The notes under the pieces were generated by a model that saw only the letters and a program-made list of their open reading frames with translations, did no database searches and was not told the DNA's origin. From Lingula anatina (lineage: Eukaryota; Animalia; Brachiopoda), in assembly GCA_051362555.1 (NCBI GenBank), contig CM120642.1, forward strand, positions 20,832,001 to 20,896,000: a stretch of DNA of 64,000 bases, written 5' to 3'. Made by a program: the position numbers and the translations under genes. Below, one piece after another: positions 25,801 through 41,625 of the stretch (within the stretch, counting starts at the first letter, position 1; each line of letters starts with the position of its first letter).

Positions 25801-28800
25801 TCCCTGTCATATTATCCTACAGTGTATAATTATAGAGACTCATTGCATTTACCTGATCACGTGTCATATACATGGGCTTGTTCATGATTACCCACGTGAC
25901 TGTTTCGTAACAGCCAGGCCACGTGAGCGATCCGTCGTACGTCATGAAACTCTGGGTTGGCGGTAAAAGTTCATGAATAGACAGATGACTAACTTTTACT
26001 TTGTCTCCTGAAAAGTAAAGGTTGGCAGATTAATTAAGCAACTTTTTCTTGGTGCTATGAATAATCGTTACTTTATCATACTGTAAATCGGTCTTTTATC
26101 ACTGAGAAGACTAACATTGCCTATATTGCCTCGCATTTTGGTTTTTACTTCGATAAAAAAATTCTACTGGGTTAAATATCCCACCCAATAAACAATGGGT
26201 TGTGCAATTAATAAGTAAAATGCCACGCTCTGATTTCGTCCTGCCATTTGAGAACGTCTCGCTCAAAAATATTCAGAAAATATCAAGAGATGAGAAAAAC
26301 AAATGTAGCTGTGTGGATGGAAGCCGAGGTTAAAGCTACCTCCATTAATCATTGAACACAGCTTAATTCCAAAGTCAAATGAAACCAATTCCAATTGAAC
26401 ACTTACAGAAAATGTTTACTTTCAGGCTACACTCCTCTTATACCCAGTCCCTATAGACCTACACACGCCTCAAAGTACTTATTATCCTAGAAACTCTATT
26501 CATCAACTGAGAAAATAGAATTTTCATTCAGAAATGTGTTATATAGTCCCTTTCCAGGTTGCTTGCATGAAAAAATGCCATCATGGGTTATAATGATGCA
26601 GAAGACAACTGTTCGTTGTCTCTTAACGGTATTTAAACGAGACTAGATAGCGTGTACTTCAATAATTTAGAGAAAATTTCACAGAACGTCATGCAGAGAT
26701 CATGTCATAAATAGTGAAGAATATAAAACGGCATTTTACAATTATGAAAATGAGAATTCACTATTCGTTACTGATAGTTTTTACGTCACTGAGTAGGCCT
26801 ATATCTTCTCATCATAGATGACAATATTCCACTACCATTTGCAGACCGAAAAATGAAGTTTGCTGCAATATTGCAATATTCCAAATTTGCAATAACATTT
26901 TAATTTTGCAGCCAGACTGCAATAAAGTCTTTATGTTCTAGCAAATATGCAGCAAATTTGCAAGAACATCTTAAGTTTGCAGTAAGTTTGCAAGAAAATA
27001 TTTATGTTCTTGCAAATTTGTAGCAGATTTGCAGCAAATTTTCGAGAGTTTGCGGCAGGCCTGATACTTTGCTAAGGGTAGTAATATCGACCAATGTCAT
27101 AACAATGTAATAAAGTACAATTAATATAATATGAAAGATGAATCTAAAAATTAAGTGAGACTCGTACAAATATTGTCATTAGTAATTACCAACCTCATGA
27201 TGACACTGTGGAGTATAGATTACTGAAGTATCATTTTTCATCGTCTCTGCCACGTGTTGGTAGTTTGCCGTAGTATTTCTCATGAGTAACGACTGTTAAA
27301 TGTTATGTTTCCACGTACATACAAGTTATTTCCTACATGTACCTAACAAGACCTTGCATATATACATTAAGTGCACATGCAAATGTATATACTGTACATA
27401 TTACAGCCGCATACCATGTTAAAAGAAATACTATTACTTATATCCATTTTTGGGAAAACAATAAAAGCATATTTTAAGACAATATCAGCATGGGGAACCT
27501 CACAAGCCAGGTTTATAATCTACTAGTGTTTTGGGTTGTCTTCTAGTCTGTAGAGTTAAAAATGTATGTACTGTTTGAACTCTGAAACACCGTGAATGCA
27601 ATAGAGTTAAATTGCAACAGGTTTGCAACTTTGCAGACATTTTACAGTTGTGCCTCTAGCATCCACCCCGTTTTTAATCAGCAAACCGGGTGATCACTGT
27701 CGAGTTTGGCTGTACGTGTAAATCTTCACCACCGGCACCGAACGGTGCAGTCCCAGCAGCAGTTGGTCTGACCTACCTTTGTACGTTATGCCTCGGATGT
27801 CCTTTAACAACTTCTCGAACTCTTTGTTGCCAGTTCGGTCCACCTGGAATATACCGAATATTGATACAATTTGATCAATTATTGAAAACCTTTTAAAAAG
27901 CTACAGTAGCAAATACTCCACAAGAATTGGAACCTTTGAAACGCAGATAAAACTCTAGACCATGAATACGTAGCGACATATCATATCTTAGAAAGTTATC
28001 TTTATTTTGACAAATTAGACAAAAGGTCTTTTGGGCGGTTAAGTGAATATATTTATATAGCACAACTAGTTATTGATACATTATTTGCTGTTCCAAAGCC
28101 TAAAAGTACTAATCCATATTCCAAGGTATCGCAAGGCATGAGGTATATCACAAAACTACCATCCAAAATTAGTTTGTAGAATCGCATGTTTTCCTACAGT
28201 AAGAACTATAGCGGCAGACGATCAGGCGTTCTCTCTAATGGCTTCTGAACAACAACATACGTTTTGTTCAAAGCCCGAGAGAGATGGCAAACACGGAATA
28301 ATGAGACCGTTTAAGGCTCACTAGATTTTAAGACAATTCGCTGCGTCCCTAGAGAGCCAGATGAAAGAAATCTTTAGCGACATTAATCATTGGTTTACCT
28401 GATAGGTTTTGAAGATAAAACGTTCACTGGAACTAGATGCTTCGTCGCATTAATCAGCAAAGGAAACGTGGTCATGTCTTTTGAAAGATAAGGAACCCGA
28501 AGTTGTCGAAACCCACTGCCTGATTGATTCATATTTGGCAAATTACATGCCAGAGACGTTTCCGGTGCTCGCACGGTAGGCTAAGGGTGTTTTTACAGAG
28601 AGGGAAAATATTTCTATCAATAAATGTCTGTTTGAAGGCCTTCTGTCACCTCTTCTTCACTACTGAAGTTACATGCAACAAACGCATTGCTGTATATTTT
28701 GATGTATTTGACTTTTTAAAAAATCCGTTTTTCTGCGTATCTTGGCTTTCTATATCTACTTGCGTCACTACTTTAAATTCTGGAATATAAAATCGTTTTG

Positions 28801-31800
28801 CAAAGTTTTTGCCAAAAGGAATTATCGACGCTGTAACAACACAAGTACCGAAATTACATACAAAAGTTTCATTTAGATTGACTGAAATAAAGAGGTGCAA
28901 TATCTCAAAAGTGAGCTCTTCTTATCCTCAAAGCCATTCTGCATAATATTTAAAAGAAATTTTTATACATGTACCATACCCATCATGGGTCATTCGGAGT
29001 AGGCAAGTGATAAACGGGCGAGTGTCGGAATGCCATCCAATTCACTCTGCTTTTTTGGCTAGAATATTTGACATTGTTTATGCCCCAAATGTATGCAGCA
29101 ACACTGTCCCTGTGAGAAATAAGTAGTTTATTTGAAAAGGGCTACCGATTTTACACAGATATACGCTTAAGTGAGGATTTTGCCAGATATAGACGAGACT
29201 TAATTGCACTGCCTGAAAATGACCATATTTCATGTTTACTTTTCTCAAGTGAGCAAGCCGTAAAAATATTGCCCAATTCGCCGTTAGGCTTGAAATATTT
29301 GAAACACAAGCACGGCGCTGAAGATTTGTTATCACCATCAAAGTAAAGGCCCTTAACGTTATTATGTACATTATAGTAATCTTCTAGGAAACAGAGGCAA
29401 TTATACCATATCGTTGGTTATCTTCTCGGTAATTTATCACTAGGTTATGAAATTACATTCATCATTCGAGTGGTTCGTATGCGGCTGTAGATAAGGGCCG
29501 TCTAGGGCGTCATCTAAGACTCATCTTCATTTCTTAAGACAGAATGCGTATACTGCATTAACTCCATATCGCTGTGATGATCTGGTAGGTGTTATGCATT
29601 AAAGATGGACAGAAATTGTTCTCGCACAGCAAAGATTTTCATGATGGCACAAAATCTATTCACCCTCGGTGAAGCCCCCTATAAGGATCCACCCAGCAGT
29701 GGCGTGAACAACAGTACATCTAACCTGCTACCTGGAGCATCTTGTTTATTCTTGAAAATTCGAAATTACTTCAGGCGAATTGTTTGAGATGCCTTTTATC
29801 AGACAACAACATCTTGCATTTGTGGAGGCATTTTCGTGAGGACAATACATATCGTGCACATCTTTCCGAAACCCAATTCCCTTAACTAAGATTTGGCATT
29901 CTTTTAACAATATATAAAGACTCTATTTTAAAAGACATTCACAATACCCTGCCGTGTCGTCCCAGCCCTGGTCATGACAACTATGTCAGCTAAATAAATG
30001 TTACATTACTTACCGCGAACAGTTACATGGAGTTGGGTTACTCTCACGCACGACTCTGCGTCATTTGAATTCCCCTGTTACAAAACTATCCGTGCAGAAT
30101 TGTTTTTTCAGAATTCAGTAGTTTTTTTTTTTTTTTATTTTTTTTCTTTTTTTGAATGGCACGATAAGACTATAAACTTTTGTTTTATTCAACACTTATA
30201 GATATACTGGGTACCTCCCAGCTGCGTTCTGCATGTGGTAGAAAACACCCAGAGACGACAATCCCTTTATACAAGCTTATGTGGATCATCGCACTAGTTA
30301 TACTTTCACGCCCCTTTCAAACTTTCTAGTAATGGCGCCAATCTTTGTCTTATTTACTCCTGTTTTTAACACCATATCGTGCCAGTCTCTAATGGTAATA
30401 ACTTTCACTTTTTACAAAACACTAGGTACCCCTACGCTTTTCTAAGTATTTTAATACTTATTTGACGCTGTCAGTGTTGCAGAAGATCGCATTTTCCTGT
30501 GGATGCTTTCCAATTCTCCTTGACATTTTCAAAACAATCTAAAATATGTTTTTTTTATTATCCCACTCCATTGTAAAATCCCACTTCTTTAGCCACCATG
30601 TCTCGCTTTTAATTATCGTTTTTACAGCAAATTTGTATGCTGTTGTTCTAGAATTTATTCATGTGCATGCAGATTTCATTATTCCTTTTCATTTACTCTC
30701 TTTCAGTGTACGTTTTAACATATTTGATGCATCTTGTATCTTTTTCTTGTTCCACCATATAACTGTGGGTGTTAAGCGCTCTGGTACAGCGCCACATTAA
30801 TTTGGGGTAGATGTTGTACGGGAGAATATGAAACATTGATAAGAGAACAAACACTGATCACCATCCTCTTAAGAGCACTTGCCACTAGCTAACCTTGTAC
30901 AAAATGGGTTTTAAAGGCAATTATCGCCGACGCATATCAGAATAGAAAAAGCAATGTAAATAATTCAAACAAACGGCATCGTGGACCGAGGGAGGATTGT
31001 GGATGTTGTTCAAACTCAATCCACTTTCAACTTAATTGTTTTAACAAGTTGATACCAAGTAGGTCTACTTACTTTAGCTAGCAGTGACACGATGGCTAAT
31101 CCTGCAGGAGACGTCTCTGCTTCACTCATGTTGCTGTATAAGTCGCTGTTATAGCCAAGAATCTGGATCTGAAAGAAAATGTATTAAGTTTCAAGAGAAT
31201 GCTCTCATCGGCTAAGTACGTGAGCAATTTATTTGAAAGCATGTAAAGTATTCCAGGGCAATATTACTGCCTTTTGTCACAGCTGTCTTCATCCGTAGCT
31301 GACGGTGAGATTCATTATGTCTTTATATTTCATTACATAAGGTTTTGAATACTTAACAAACGTATCTTTGCAACGTTAACGTTGATTTTAACATAAGGTG
31401 CACACGTTTAGGTCTCTTAATGCGTTTCAAAAATATGACTTCGAATATATCTCTAAACTAGAAAAGCACTTCGAGAGCGCAGACCTCCGCCAAGGCAGCA
31501 ATTTTTGATTATTATTGATTATTGATTGATTATTGATCCGGATCACCACCAAAAACTAATTATCTCTTCCTTGGCCCACTTCTGACAGTTCCTGAAAATT
31601 TCATCAAAATTGGTCCATAACTTTTTTAGTTATGTTGATGACAGACAAACAAACAGACAAACAGGGGTGAAAACATAACCTCCTTGGCGGAGCTAATTAT
31701 ACATCTTCATACTTCTGCCGGGTATTTATAGCCATCGACGGAATGTTCGGATCCCCAGTTGTCTATGCTGCCGAAGTGTAAGTGGATTTCTGTCACCCTG

Positions 31801-34800
31801 TATGTGTAGGAGAACGGGCCGCCGGTGATGTTGATAATTTTAGGGCTGGAGCTCTGGTCAACGTAGAACGTCACGTCGTGGCCAGTATTGGTCAAATAAC
31901 CGTGGACCTGAATTAAAAAAGGAAAATCGCCTAAAACTGATTTCAATTGAACCGAGTGTAATACATGTTGCTGCATCACTCCAGCTGATGGCTCGCAGAC
32001 ACCATGGTCGGTAGATAGTGACCAGTTGGAAGAGTGACCTGCCCTTTTCAACCACCATACTGATGATTTCTTGATGCAACACTTGCCATTTTAAAAAGAG
32101 CAACCGTTTTACAATATTTTTACCCTTCTTCGTACCTATAGAAATTCTGCATTTTCCATATCTATTCTTAACTTTCTGTCATAAATTTATGATATCTTTT
32201 TAATGTGAAGGCATCAAACATACAGCACATGTCAAAGTGATTTATGATGTATATTCATATTGGTTTAATGATGCACTAACGCACTTCTCTGTGAACTCCT
32301 CGGGTTGCTTCTCATACTTGTACAGTATGTAACCATAGAAATGAAATGGTGACACTATAACTTAACAGTTCTGTTCACTAATCTTTTTTTCAACTGAAAC
32401 TTGCTCTTTTTGAAGCAGTATTAACTTCTTATCTGTCAAAAAAGCCATGGACATGAGGGTGCACTCTTTATTAATATCGTGGTCTTACAGGCTGGCATGA
32501 ACACCTGTTTTAACATTTAAATTGGTCATCGATAGTCCATCTACCTGGACCTCAGTCTAATGGGCGGCGATGAGCAGTCACTTCAGAAAAGAGGGACAAT
32601 AAAGTTATTGGGAAGTGGCAATTTAAGCAGACAGTGAGCGATTGGATTTCTCTCTTCGTGGTATATTGATGACAATATGAAGTCTTTTAGAGTTGTTTGC
32701 ATTTTTCTGCATCAAGATAGATGGTATTGACTGCGCGTTGATGTGGTGAGGGTCGTTCTGTTAACAGCATGTTGTCCAAAGCCCCGTAACTCGAAAGCAT
32801 CGCGTTTTGCGAATAGCGATATCACATAGAGGCTACAATGTATTATATGGGGCGAGTATGGGAGAATTATGGAATCGAGACGCTTGCGCTCGGTCGCAAT
32901 GCGCGATGCTATCGAGTTACGGGGCCCAGGTAGTCTGTGAACCTTGCGATGTGAAATCAACTAGGCAAAACTGGCGCATAACATCGTCACTGTAGAAATC
33001 TGTAGGGTTCGTTAAGTCTTACATATTGATTTCCAATATTTAATATTTAAGTGATAGATACCAAATGATAGCAGTATAAGTCCTCTTACTTGCAGTTATA
33101 TTCGATAGCAGCAGTGGACCTGTTGAATGCCAGTAATATTATTTTGATAAAAACAGATTGGAATAGCCGTTAATCTGTTACTTAATATAGTTCATATGGA
33201 TTGTTGTGATTAGAATACATTTTAGTCTAGAAAAACGCACTTAGACTGTGCCTTAGATATATTGCTATTTTAGACTGATAAAAAGATAGGAAAATACTAA
33301 AAATAATCAATTGAACCAGTTTCATCGCATACGCTCGTTCATTCAATGTACTGATTAGGCGCCGTAACGCAATACAGTCATCAACCAAATTGTATTCGAA
33401 TAACAAGTGAACAAATGTTATAATCACTTGGCGTGTAAGGAGTTTTATGGGACTGGTACACATATTTATTATTCATCTGAAAGTCAATTTAGGGTAATAT
33501 TGGGCATTGTTATGGCCAATTAATGTCGACAGATTGTATGCTAAACTGCAATCAGGACTATTTGTCTATGCCTGTCCATTTTAAGTAATTTCCGATGATC
33601 AATCCTTATATGTTCCTAACCATGACCTGTGCGTTTATTAATGGAAATTAGTGTTTATATGTGATTATTCGAGACCTTTACAGTACGTGAAAGTAATTTC
33701 CTGAATGAATTGAGAAAAGTGCCGACTGTGGTTAGATCCCAGGTTCTACAGATATACAGCTTACTTGACGTGGAATGCCGTGAACTGAAACATTACCCCC
33801 TTCCTTCCAAGAAACCGTTCCCCATCCTTTCCAAGAAAAACTAATGATGTTAAAATACTTGCAAATAAAAAACACTAAAATATCACGAACAAGTGTTTTT
33901 AGTACATTTAACTTCTCCAATCTGCCATTTGCTCTGTGTCGGGTGCACGTTTCCAGAATACCATTATTATCAACAGAATATCTCAAGATAACGTGAATCT
34001 GGAGATTATATTTTATATTGAGTTGACTAAATCCGCTCCCCTTTTAATCTACTCCAATTTGACAGCCTTTCAATTTCCCTCTCATTGTTGACATCTCTTT
34101 AGAAGACTGCTGCCCCAAAACTTCGTACTGAATACTGTAATCATTATTATTGATTCGCGGTTAATTCCAAGGAATTCTCAGAAGATCCATAGAGAGACTA
34201 GTAATTAAAAAAGATACTAGAAACCCTGGAAGTAAAGAGAATTTATTCTGAATGTATAAACTCAAAATATGTTGCAATATGTTGCAAGGAACAATAGAGA
34301 AGGGGAGTATAGGGAACTGGTCTGTTCCAAAATAGATGACGATGGTTTTTATATGGTTGTTGGGACATAAACGGTCGTCCACATACACACTTACTGGCAG
34401 TTGTCTGAGGTTCACCAACCCCCTGGTATCAGGGGCTTCGAAATTAGTATACGATGATTTTGTAACAGACTACTAAGGGACCCTGTGGTCAGAGAGCAGG
34501 GTTGACCAATAAGTTGGCTCACTGAGCGGGCTGTCCCATGTCTATCTGCCTGCGGCTAAGTGGTCGTACAGTGGATAATTGACAAGATATGAAACATTCT
34601 TTTAATACTGCCGCAGGTCTAATTCAATTGCCATCCTAAGTGCGCGCACTGTTGCCTATCCCATTTCTGCGGACGATGACACCTTGTTTAAGTTTTGTTC
34701 ATTGATTGCTAAAGTATCTGAAAGCTCGCAGCTTAAGGGCTGCCGAGCGATGGGAAATGATAGACCCATTTGGCGGCCATGCTATATGTGACAGACGCGT

Positions 34801-37800
34801 ATGGATCGGCCTCTCAAACCGCACATCTATTCTCTTAAATTTTCATATTTTCTCCAGTTTGTTTGGTTACCAAAATTCTAATATCACGAATGAAACTACA
34901 CTCTATTACAGTTGCGCACCATTTTGAAAACAAAAAAGAACCCAAAACGAAACGAATATATCATGATTCGTTCAAAAGACCAGCACTTAGTATTATTGGT
35001 TATTAGTTATAGAACTTTTACCAAACTTCATGTTAGTCATCTGCAAATATTTACGGAGAAGTAAACTTGTCTATCTGGCGGCTGTACAGAGTGAAGCTGT
35101 ACACACCCAGGAGCGCATATGGATTGCCTGCTTTAATGAATTGGATTGTATTAATAACTAAACACTGAAAGAAGCTCTCCAGATGAGACGCATTGATCTG
35201 GTCCTCAACACGGTGCCACTGAATAGAAATGCACATAAAACTCGTCTTTAGGAACGTTTCTCTTCCTTTTTCGAGCAGAGATATACTGAATAGAACGTAC
35301 AAATAAAAATTCGTCTTTAGAAACATTTCTCTTCCATTTTCGAACAAAGATGTGTTTTTTTCCGTTTGCAAATTAACTTTATATGACAATGACATGAAAT
35401 AGTTTACAAAGGCAGATTATGACAACTGCACTTATAAATGCACGACACGTGTATGGGCGTGCGTGCACGTTCAATCGGCTTATATGCACTCGCGTTCCCT
35501 GAACCTGAACACTTTCATTTTAGTTTCAAGCGTCTAACAGAAGACAGTGATAAAGCAACCAATATTTATGTTTCCATATGTATATTAGAATTTTTGAACA
35601 GATGAAAACCAGGTCACTCACCCTGTGCTTATCTATGTGGACGTGTTTCAGGTTAGGATCAAACAATAACGTCTTCGGCTCGATGTTTATAGGCGATTGG
35701 TGCTTTCCCTTGCTGCAAATGTACCACTCTCGGTAAGCTAAACCCCAATAATCTGGCCCTGGAATGAGGAAACAGGACATTCTTAAGAGTTGAATATATC
35801 TCCACAGTTTCAAATTCCATTCCATTCCATCAAACTGGGATATAGTATAAAAATCCGCTAAAAAGCAATTATTTTTGTTATCGTGACATATCAGAACAAC
35901 TTTCACGTAGATTAAATAATATTTCAAGCAAAATATATCGATATCATGTAATACTGACATCTTGAAATGCATTGATTGGTAATATACACGTGTATTTCCG
36001 AATCAAAGGGACACCCGTTAAAATAGACACTTTCAAAAAAGGATGCCGATTAATTCATTTTTTCTTTTCGATTAATCAAGATAGTTTCTTGCTTGCTTTG
36101 TAAGGCGATTGCAACATAAATTTGTTGTAGTTATTTTCTGCGTATGTGATCACTGTCGATGGTATGAAATATAGGGATAACAACTGTTCGTTTCGGCCAA
36201 AAAGGGACTTTCCTGGGGAAAACGCCGATTTCCTTTACTTACCAAGGGTTAATGAATTAATTCTGAAATCAAAGTTAGTTCATGATTTTTTCCTTAAAAG
36301 TTTTGTTTCTGTTATAAATTCTTAAGAGATTATTACGGAGGTATAGCCATCTATGAAGGTCTACGCGGTCTGTTGGCAAACACAGATTCCAGAATGGCGA
36401 TAACCGCTGTTTTGGCGGTAAAATGGAATTTATTATATTTCTGTGTTGTTTATAATTTATTTGCATTTATTGTGAAATATGAATCTCAGAAGAATAGCTG
36501 TTATCCCTTTAACGTATCACCATGTGTGAAGAGTATAAAGAAGGTCATTAAAGTACTCCAATAAGTACATGTATAATCGTCGCAATGACTTTCAATTTTC
36601 CACATTGACCATAATGTTATGGGGAAAAAACAGGTATCTATCGGACATTTTGGTTTGATACGCAAGAAACATTGCCAAGTAATTTTTTACATGTATATTC
36701 CATTACGTGACATTTCAGAATGAATAGGGCATCACACATACAAAAAGCGGTAATAATAATATCAGCACGCAGGCAGGTAGTCCATAGGCGTTCCCAGGAG
36801 TGAGGTCAACGTGGTAATTTTAACATGGTCTGTCACTGAAACCAACACTTAAAGGTTGTTCTGTGAAAAAAAGAAGAATGTTGTCTTGTTTCCAGAGAAC
36901 ACGCATCGGATAGATCACAAAAGAGATGGTCTTCATCTTTTCATTGTGTGTCAACTGTAACTTTCTTATCTGCATTATCATCCTGAAATTTGTTTACCCG
37001 TGTATGTTTTTATTCAATGTTCAATTTGTGTTGCGTTGCTCCCCATTTGAAGTACAAATAAAGGAAGTGACAGTGTCATATCGTTATCATTTTGCTGAAT
37101 GACACTTGTCAATTGACGGACGCTTGATAGATGACATTTATAGGCGTGTGGAAAGCACGACTATTTGGATTTGGTAACATGCCCAGGTCTCGGTGGCTTG
37201 TGTCGTAAATGCCTAGCCTTATCCCGATGTTAGCACTGCGGATAATGTCACTCCCTAAACTGCTATGACCAGCAGAAACAGCAGACAGAAACAATATAAC
37301 GTGGCTCGATGTTTGGTAATAAACTTATCAGTCCGGAACTGACGATGACTTGCTAGTGATAGATTAATTTCCAAGATCACTTTTAGGTCGAAAACAATGA
37401 ATTAGTTGATCTAAGGCCAAACCTATAAAGGTGGTTTCAAATATCTGAAAAGGTCATAAGATACCATACAATGGTTGGGACAAATTATAAAACAGCGTTT
37501 GGTTGCCAATGCGTGGAAAGATTATGTTGAAAAGTTTAATACTGATTTGAAGGAACAAGATAATGAAAATGGTGTCTATCGTTGGGACGGAGATATAATG
37601 GCTATGGGCACTACGCGAGTCAGCATAAATGTCATTATCGAATCGATATATCACCTTTATCATATCTTGTTATGTGGTAAGATGGTTAAGATAAGATACC
37701 TTAAAAACAAAACAAAGATAATGAAAATAGTATTGATTGTTCATTGCAGATCATACAGCCAAATTAGCAGTGAACAGATGCACCTCAGACATTGCTCTTT

Positions 37801-38680
37801 ATTTCAAAGTCTGGCTCAGCTACCGCCAGGTACGTGAATATGTGCGGTCACGTTGCCGATAGATGCTAAATTAAATAGGAAATATGCGTGTCTTCTGGCA
37901 ACTTGAAACGTAGACCTGCCAAAGAATGGATTGTTCTTTCGCTGACGGTCCAGTCACGACACGCAACATGTACGTTTTTTACCTGCAACATAAAATGCCT
38001 GGTTGCTGTGAGGTTAGCAAAGTCAAGATGAGAATTGAAGATTGGGAAAAGTATTTAGTAGAACTTGATATCCTTATATACAGGGCGACATATATTTATG
38101 TCCACATCCCTCTCAGAGGTCTATGCAAGGACTTTACCGGCTGGCAACATTCTTTGCTCATATTAGTTATCCAAGCTGTCATTAATGGTATTTTTGTAAG
38201 ATATGATTGGAGTTGGCCAGCTAATGGGAAAAGTGAAATTTGATTAACGGAAACATGGAAAAAGTAAAATATAGCATCAACCAGTTTGTGCAGAAACTGA
38301 TTAATTCTAGGAGCCATCCACCTAGCGTACAACATACTTCTAATCATTCATTAATATCGTTAATCACCATAATCATCGCCCTCGACATCGATCGGGCCTC
38401 TGTGATAATATCTTTAAGATACGTGAATAGAATGATGCCTTTTTGGAATTCGACAGTAGACATTTGTACTGTTCAGTGAAACTGATAAAGTGACACGATG
38501 ATGCATTTGCTAGTGCTGCAGGATCCTTTTTGTGTCTAATGCGACTTTTAGAAATAAAAAAAACTGACTGGGTGACATTGCGATCCGCATTTGTGGCTGG
38601 TGATCAAGCAGCATTTGAATGCGAGATCTGTAAAATACATACCATGACAAATGATCTGACAAACAACATTTGCACTCTCT

Positions 38681-38721
<41 letters not shown>

Positions 38722-41589
38722 TCACTTTAGAAGTACACATCAGTGATAACATGGTATGCCTCGCTGTGAATGGCGCTGACATAAAACCCACTCAGGTTCT
38801 TCACTTGAAGGTCAAATGTGAACATATACCGGGAAACGGCTGCAGCTGCGGCTGTGGCACACGCAAATGGAAATGGCAGCCTATCAAATACGTGAGCAAA
38901 AACTATTCGACACTGTTGCCTTTATGCTTGAGCGTTATGCATTATATTTTCGAAAAGAGATAGTTTTGCTTTGGTCGATTTTTGTAAAATCGTTTGGTAT
39001 GTTTCAGAACATATGTTTCATATCGGACAGGACTTAAATTGTCAAGATTGCACGTTTATTTTTTCATATTGACCATATATTTAGAATCAATATAAAAAGT
39101 AATATGGGGATGAATTTTTATTCTTCTAGAATCTTACATAACGTATAGACGTGACTGATTATGAGCGAGGTAACCAAAAACCACAATCACTGGCAATGGA
39201 CATCATCAAATTATCCTACAAAAACCGGCGACGGTGCGTGACGTCATGCTGCGAGACTAGAAAAGGCTCGGGAACCTGCTTTTTAAGCGATAAAAATGAA
39301 ATTAAGAATGTAGTCATAGAAAGCAACAGGGGCCTACAAAAGTTAACGTAAAACGAGATGTTTTCATACAGTTGTACCAAAAACCGTCATTCAATAGAAC
39401 CTGTGAGAAAACAACTACAAAATATCCACGGATAAATTTGACAGCTTTTATTCGTTGTCGCTCCGTAGTCGCTAGGCGGCCATTATTTTTAACCCTACTC
39501 TCCTCCAAATCTCGCTGTTTTACTGTAATTCGCGAGACTTTGGGTAATCTCGGATGATGCTAATTGTCAAGGCTACAGATAAAAGCAAGTCATATTGAGC
39601 CACACGTAAGTGCCTGCAGACCGTGCAAATAAAGCTAGATTATAGGGATCATTCACATCGAGAAGAGCCGAGGTCTACCAAGGCCGAGACCTAAATATGG
39701 CAGACCTACATGAAAGGAAGACCGCGAATTCCTTTAATGGTCTCTCATTGAATGTCATTTAGTGTCAATGAATGTCAGCCTGACTCTCGACAAATCATTG
39801 GTACATGCTAGGACCCAATATACTATGTGTCTGCATTTGAAACTGTTCGGTTAAGTACTTGTTCAATATTTAAAATAGAATTCGCCCGTAGGAACTGCAG
39901 TGTATAAAGCATTCAAGAAATCAAAATATACAATTAACTGGAGGACAAATAAATATAAACTGGTTCTTGGAAAAGTTTCACGGAGTGGACAGCAGGCGAC
40001 AGCATCGGGGATCATCGCAGATAAGTAGCGGCAACATTATGCTATTGATCTCGGCGCGTGTACTAGTACAGGGACCCGACAGATGCTTCAACTTAATACG
40101 ATTTCTTCACATTACACGGGTATACGAGTCGCTTATGGAATGGGAGAGGTATTATGATGCCGTATAAGCTTTATCCAGACTATGTATTCAATATCTTTTC
40201 AGCTCGTGTTTGGAGGAAATGACCCTTGCGTGTTTAAAATTAATGAAAAGCTTGACCAATTATATGTGAAATGAGACTACAATAGATGAATAATTAGCTG
40301 CAGAATGTGATCTCGATGTTTCGTTGTTTTTTTTAGATGTTTTTGCCTTTAGTAATTGTCCTCTTTTTTAAACTGGCAGACCGCACATCTAATTCTCAGA
40401 AAATTAAGAAAGAACAATTTGATGGTATTATTCATTGTGGTTATAACAATATTCTCTCTCTGGTGCAACTAATGATCGTTAACAAAAACAGATTAGCCAC
40501 ACGAGTCGGTCATTTGTTTCAGTGCTTATATTTTTTCCGGTCGTCTTTGGTAACGAACACATTGGCTTCCGCGCTCGTCACTTTCCTTTCTTTTTCCGAG
40601 GAGCCGCTCTCCGCGGGCAGTCTTTCCACCCAGACTGTTTGTTTACCTTGTGTCTGATTGTTCCAATTGCGACAAAGCTAGATCCATATCATCTTAGTTT
40701 CCGGCCATCGTATTTGTTCCGGAGAGAGTGATCTGTGTCACCGTACACGCCTTATCTGTAAGTGTTTGCTCCAATGATTTTCTGGATGCTGGATGAAAGG
40801 ATCATTTCCCTATACACGATTGTCTTTTTATCCACTGTTTGCATGTCTCACTCAATTGTGCGGACACGTAATAACAGTGGGGCGGCGTGGACTGTTACAT
40901 GTATGCGTGACTAACATGGGTGCGTAAAGAATACATTTTACCAACATTTATTCATATTCCACTGAGGAACGGTGCAGCTTGTGCGGTTATGTTAACTATG
41001 GTAAATACGCCCTACACTTTTAGTAACACAACACAGTGTACAGCGTGTAATGTAGATTGCAATCCACGATGCCTCGAGTACCAAAAATAACGCGACATGA
41101 CATTCGAATGATTTATTAAGGGAGAGAATCAATTAAAAATACCGTACACGGTTTTTTTGTTGTCTTAAATCTTCTTATTCTCTGTGGGTTGCCAATACGT
41201 ATAACCCGGAGGCAAGTCGGATACTTTTAAAATAATGAAGTCATGCTGACAAATTGTAACTTGCCGCGATATGGAAATGCGAGGAGAGCTGCGTGGAAAA
41301 AATAGTAAAAGTATATACCTTATATAGTGCAAAATGTTTTTCTACCAATTTCGACTCTTCGCCTAATCACCAAGGCACAGCAAATCAAAGAACATTGACA
41401 GCATTACGATCTTTAAACTTGTATTTGAGATCTTACTCTTTAATTTCTAGTCACTTTTTGTAATGGAGACGAATTCCAATCTTTATGTCAACTAAACAGC
41501 GAAGCTGGCAAATATACAGACACTTTGCATAAAGAAACATCCCAGTTACTTCATTTTAACACAAACAGACCCATTCCATTACACGCCTT

Positions 41590-41625
<36 letters not shown>

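Noticed and set aside
37475-37837. 120-aa ORF antisense within a CARP intron
   Set aside because: No recognisable motif and no convincing splice sites linking it to other exons.
40519-40755. Minus-strand exon-like segment and charged peptide (VWVERLPAESGSSEKERK..) in CARP intron 2
   Set aside because: The acceptor lacks a pyrimidine tract, the 109-nt candidate exon has stops in all frames, and the peptide has no ATG or family resemblance.
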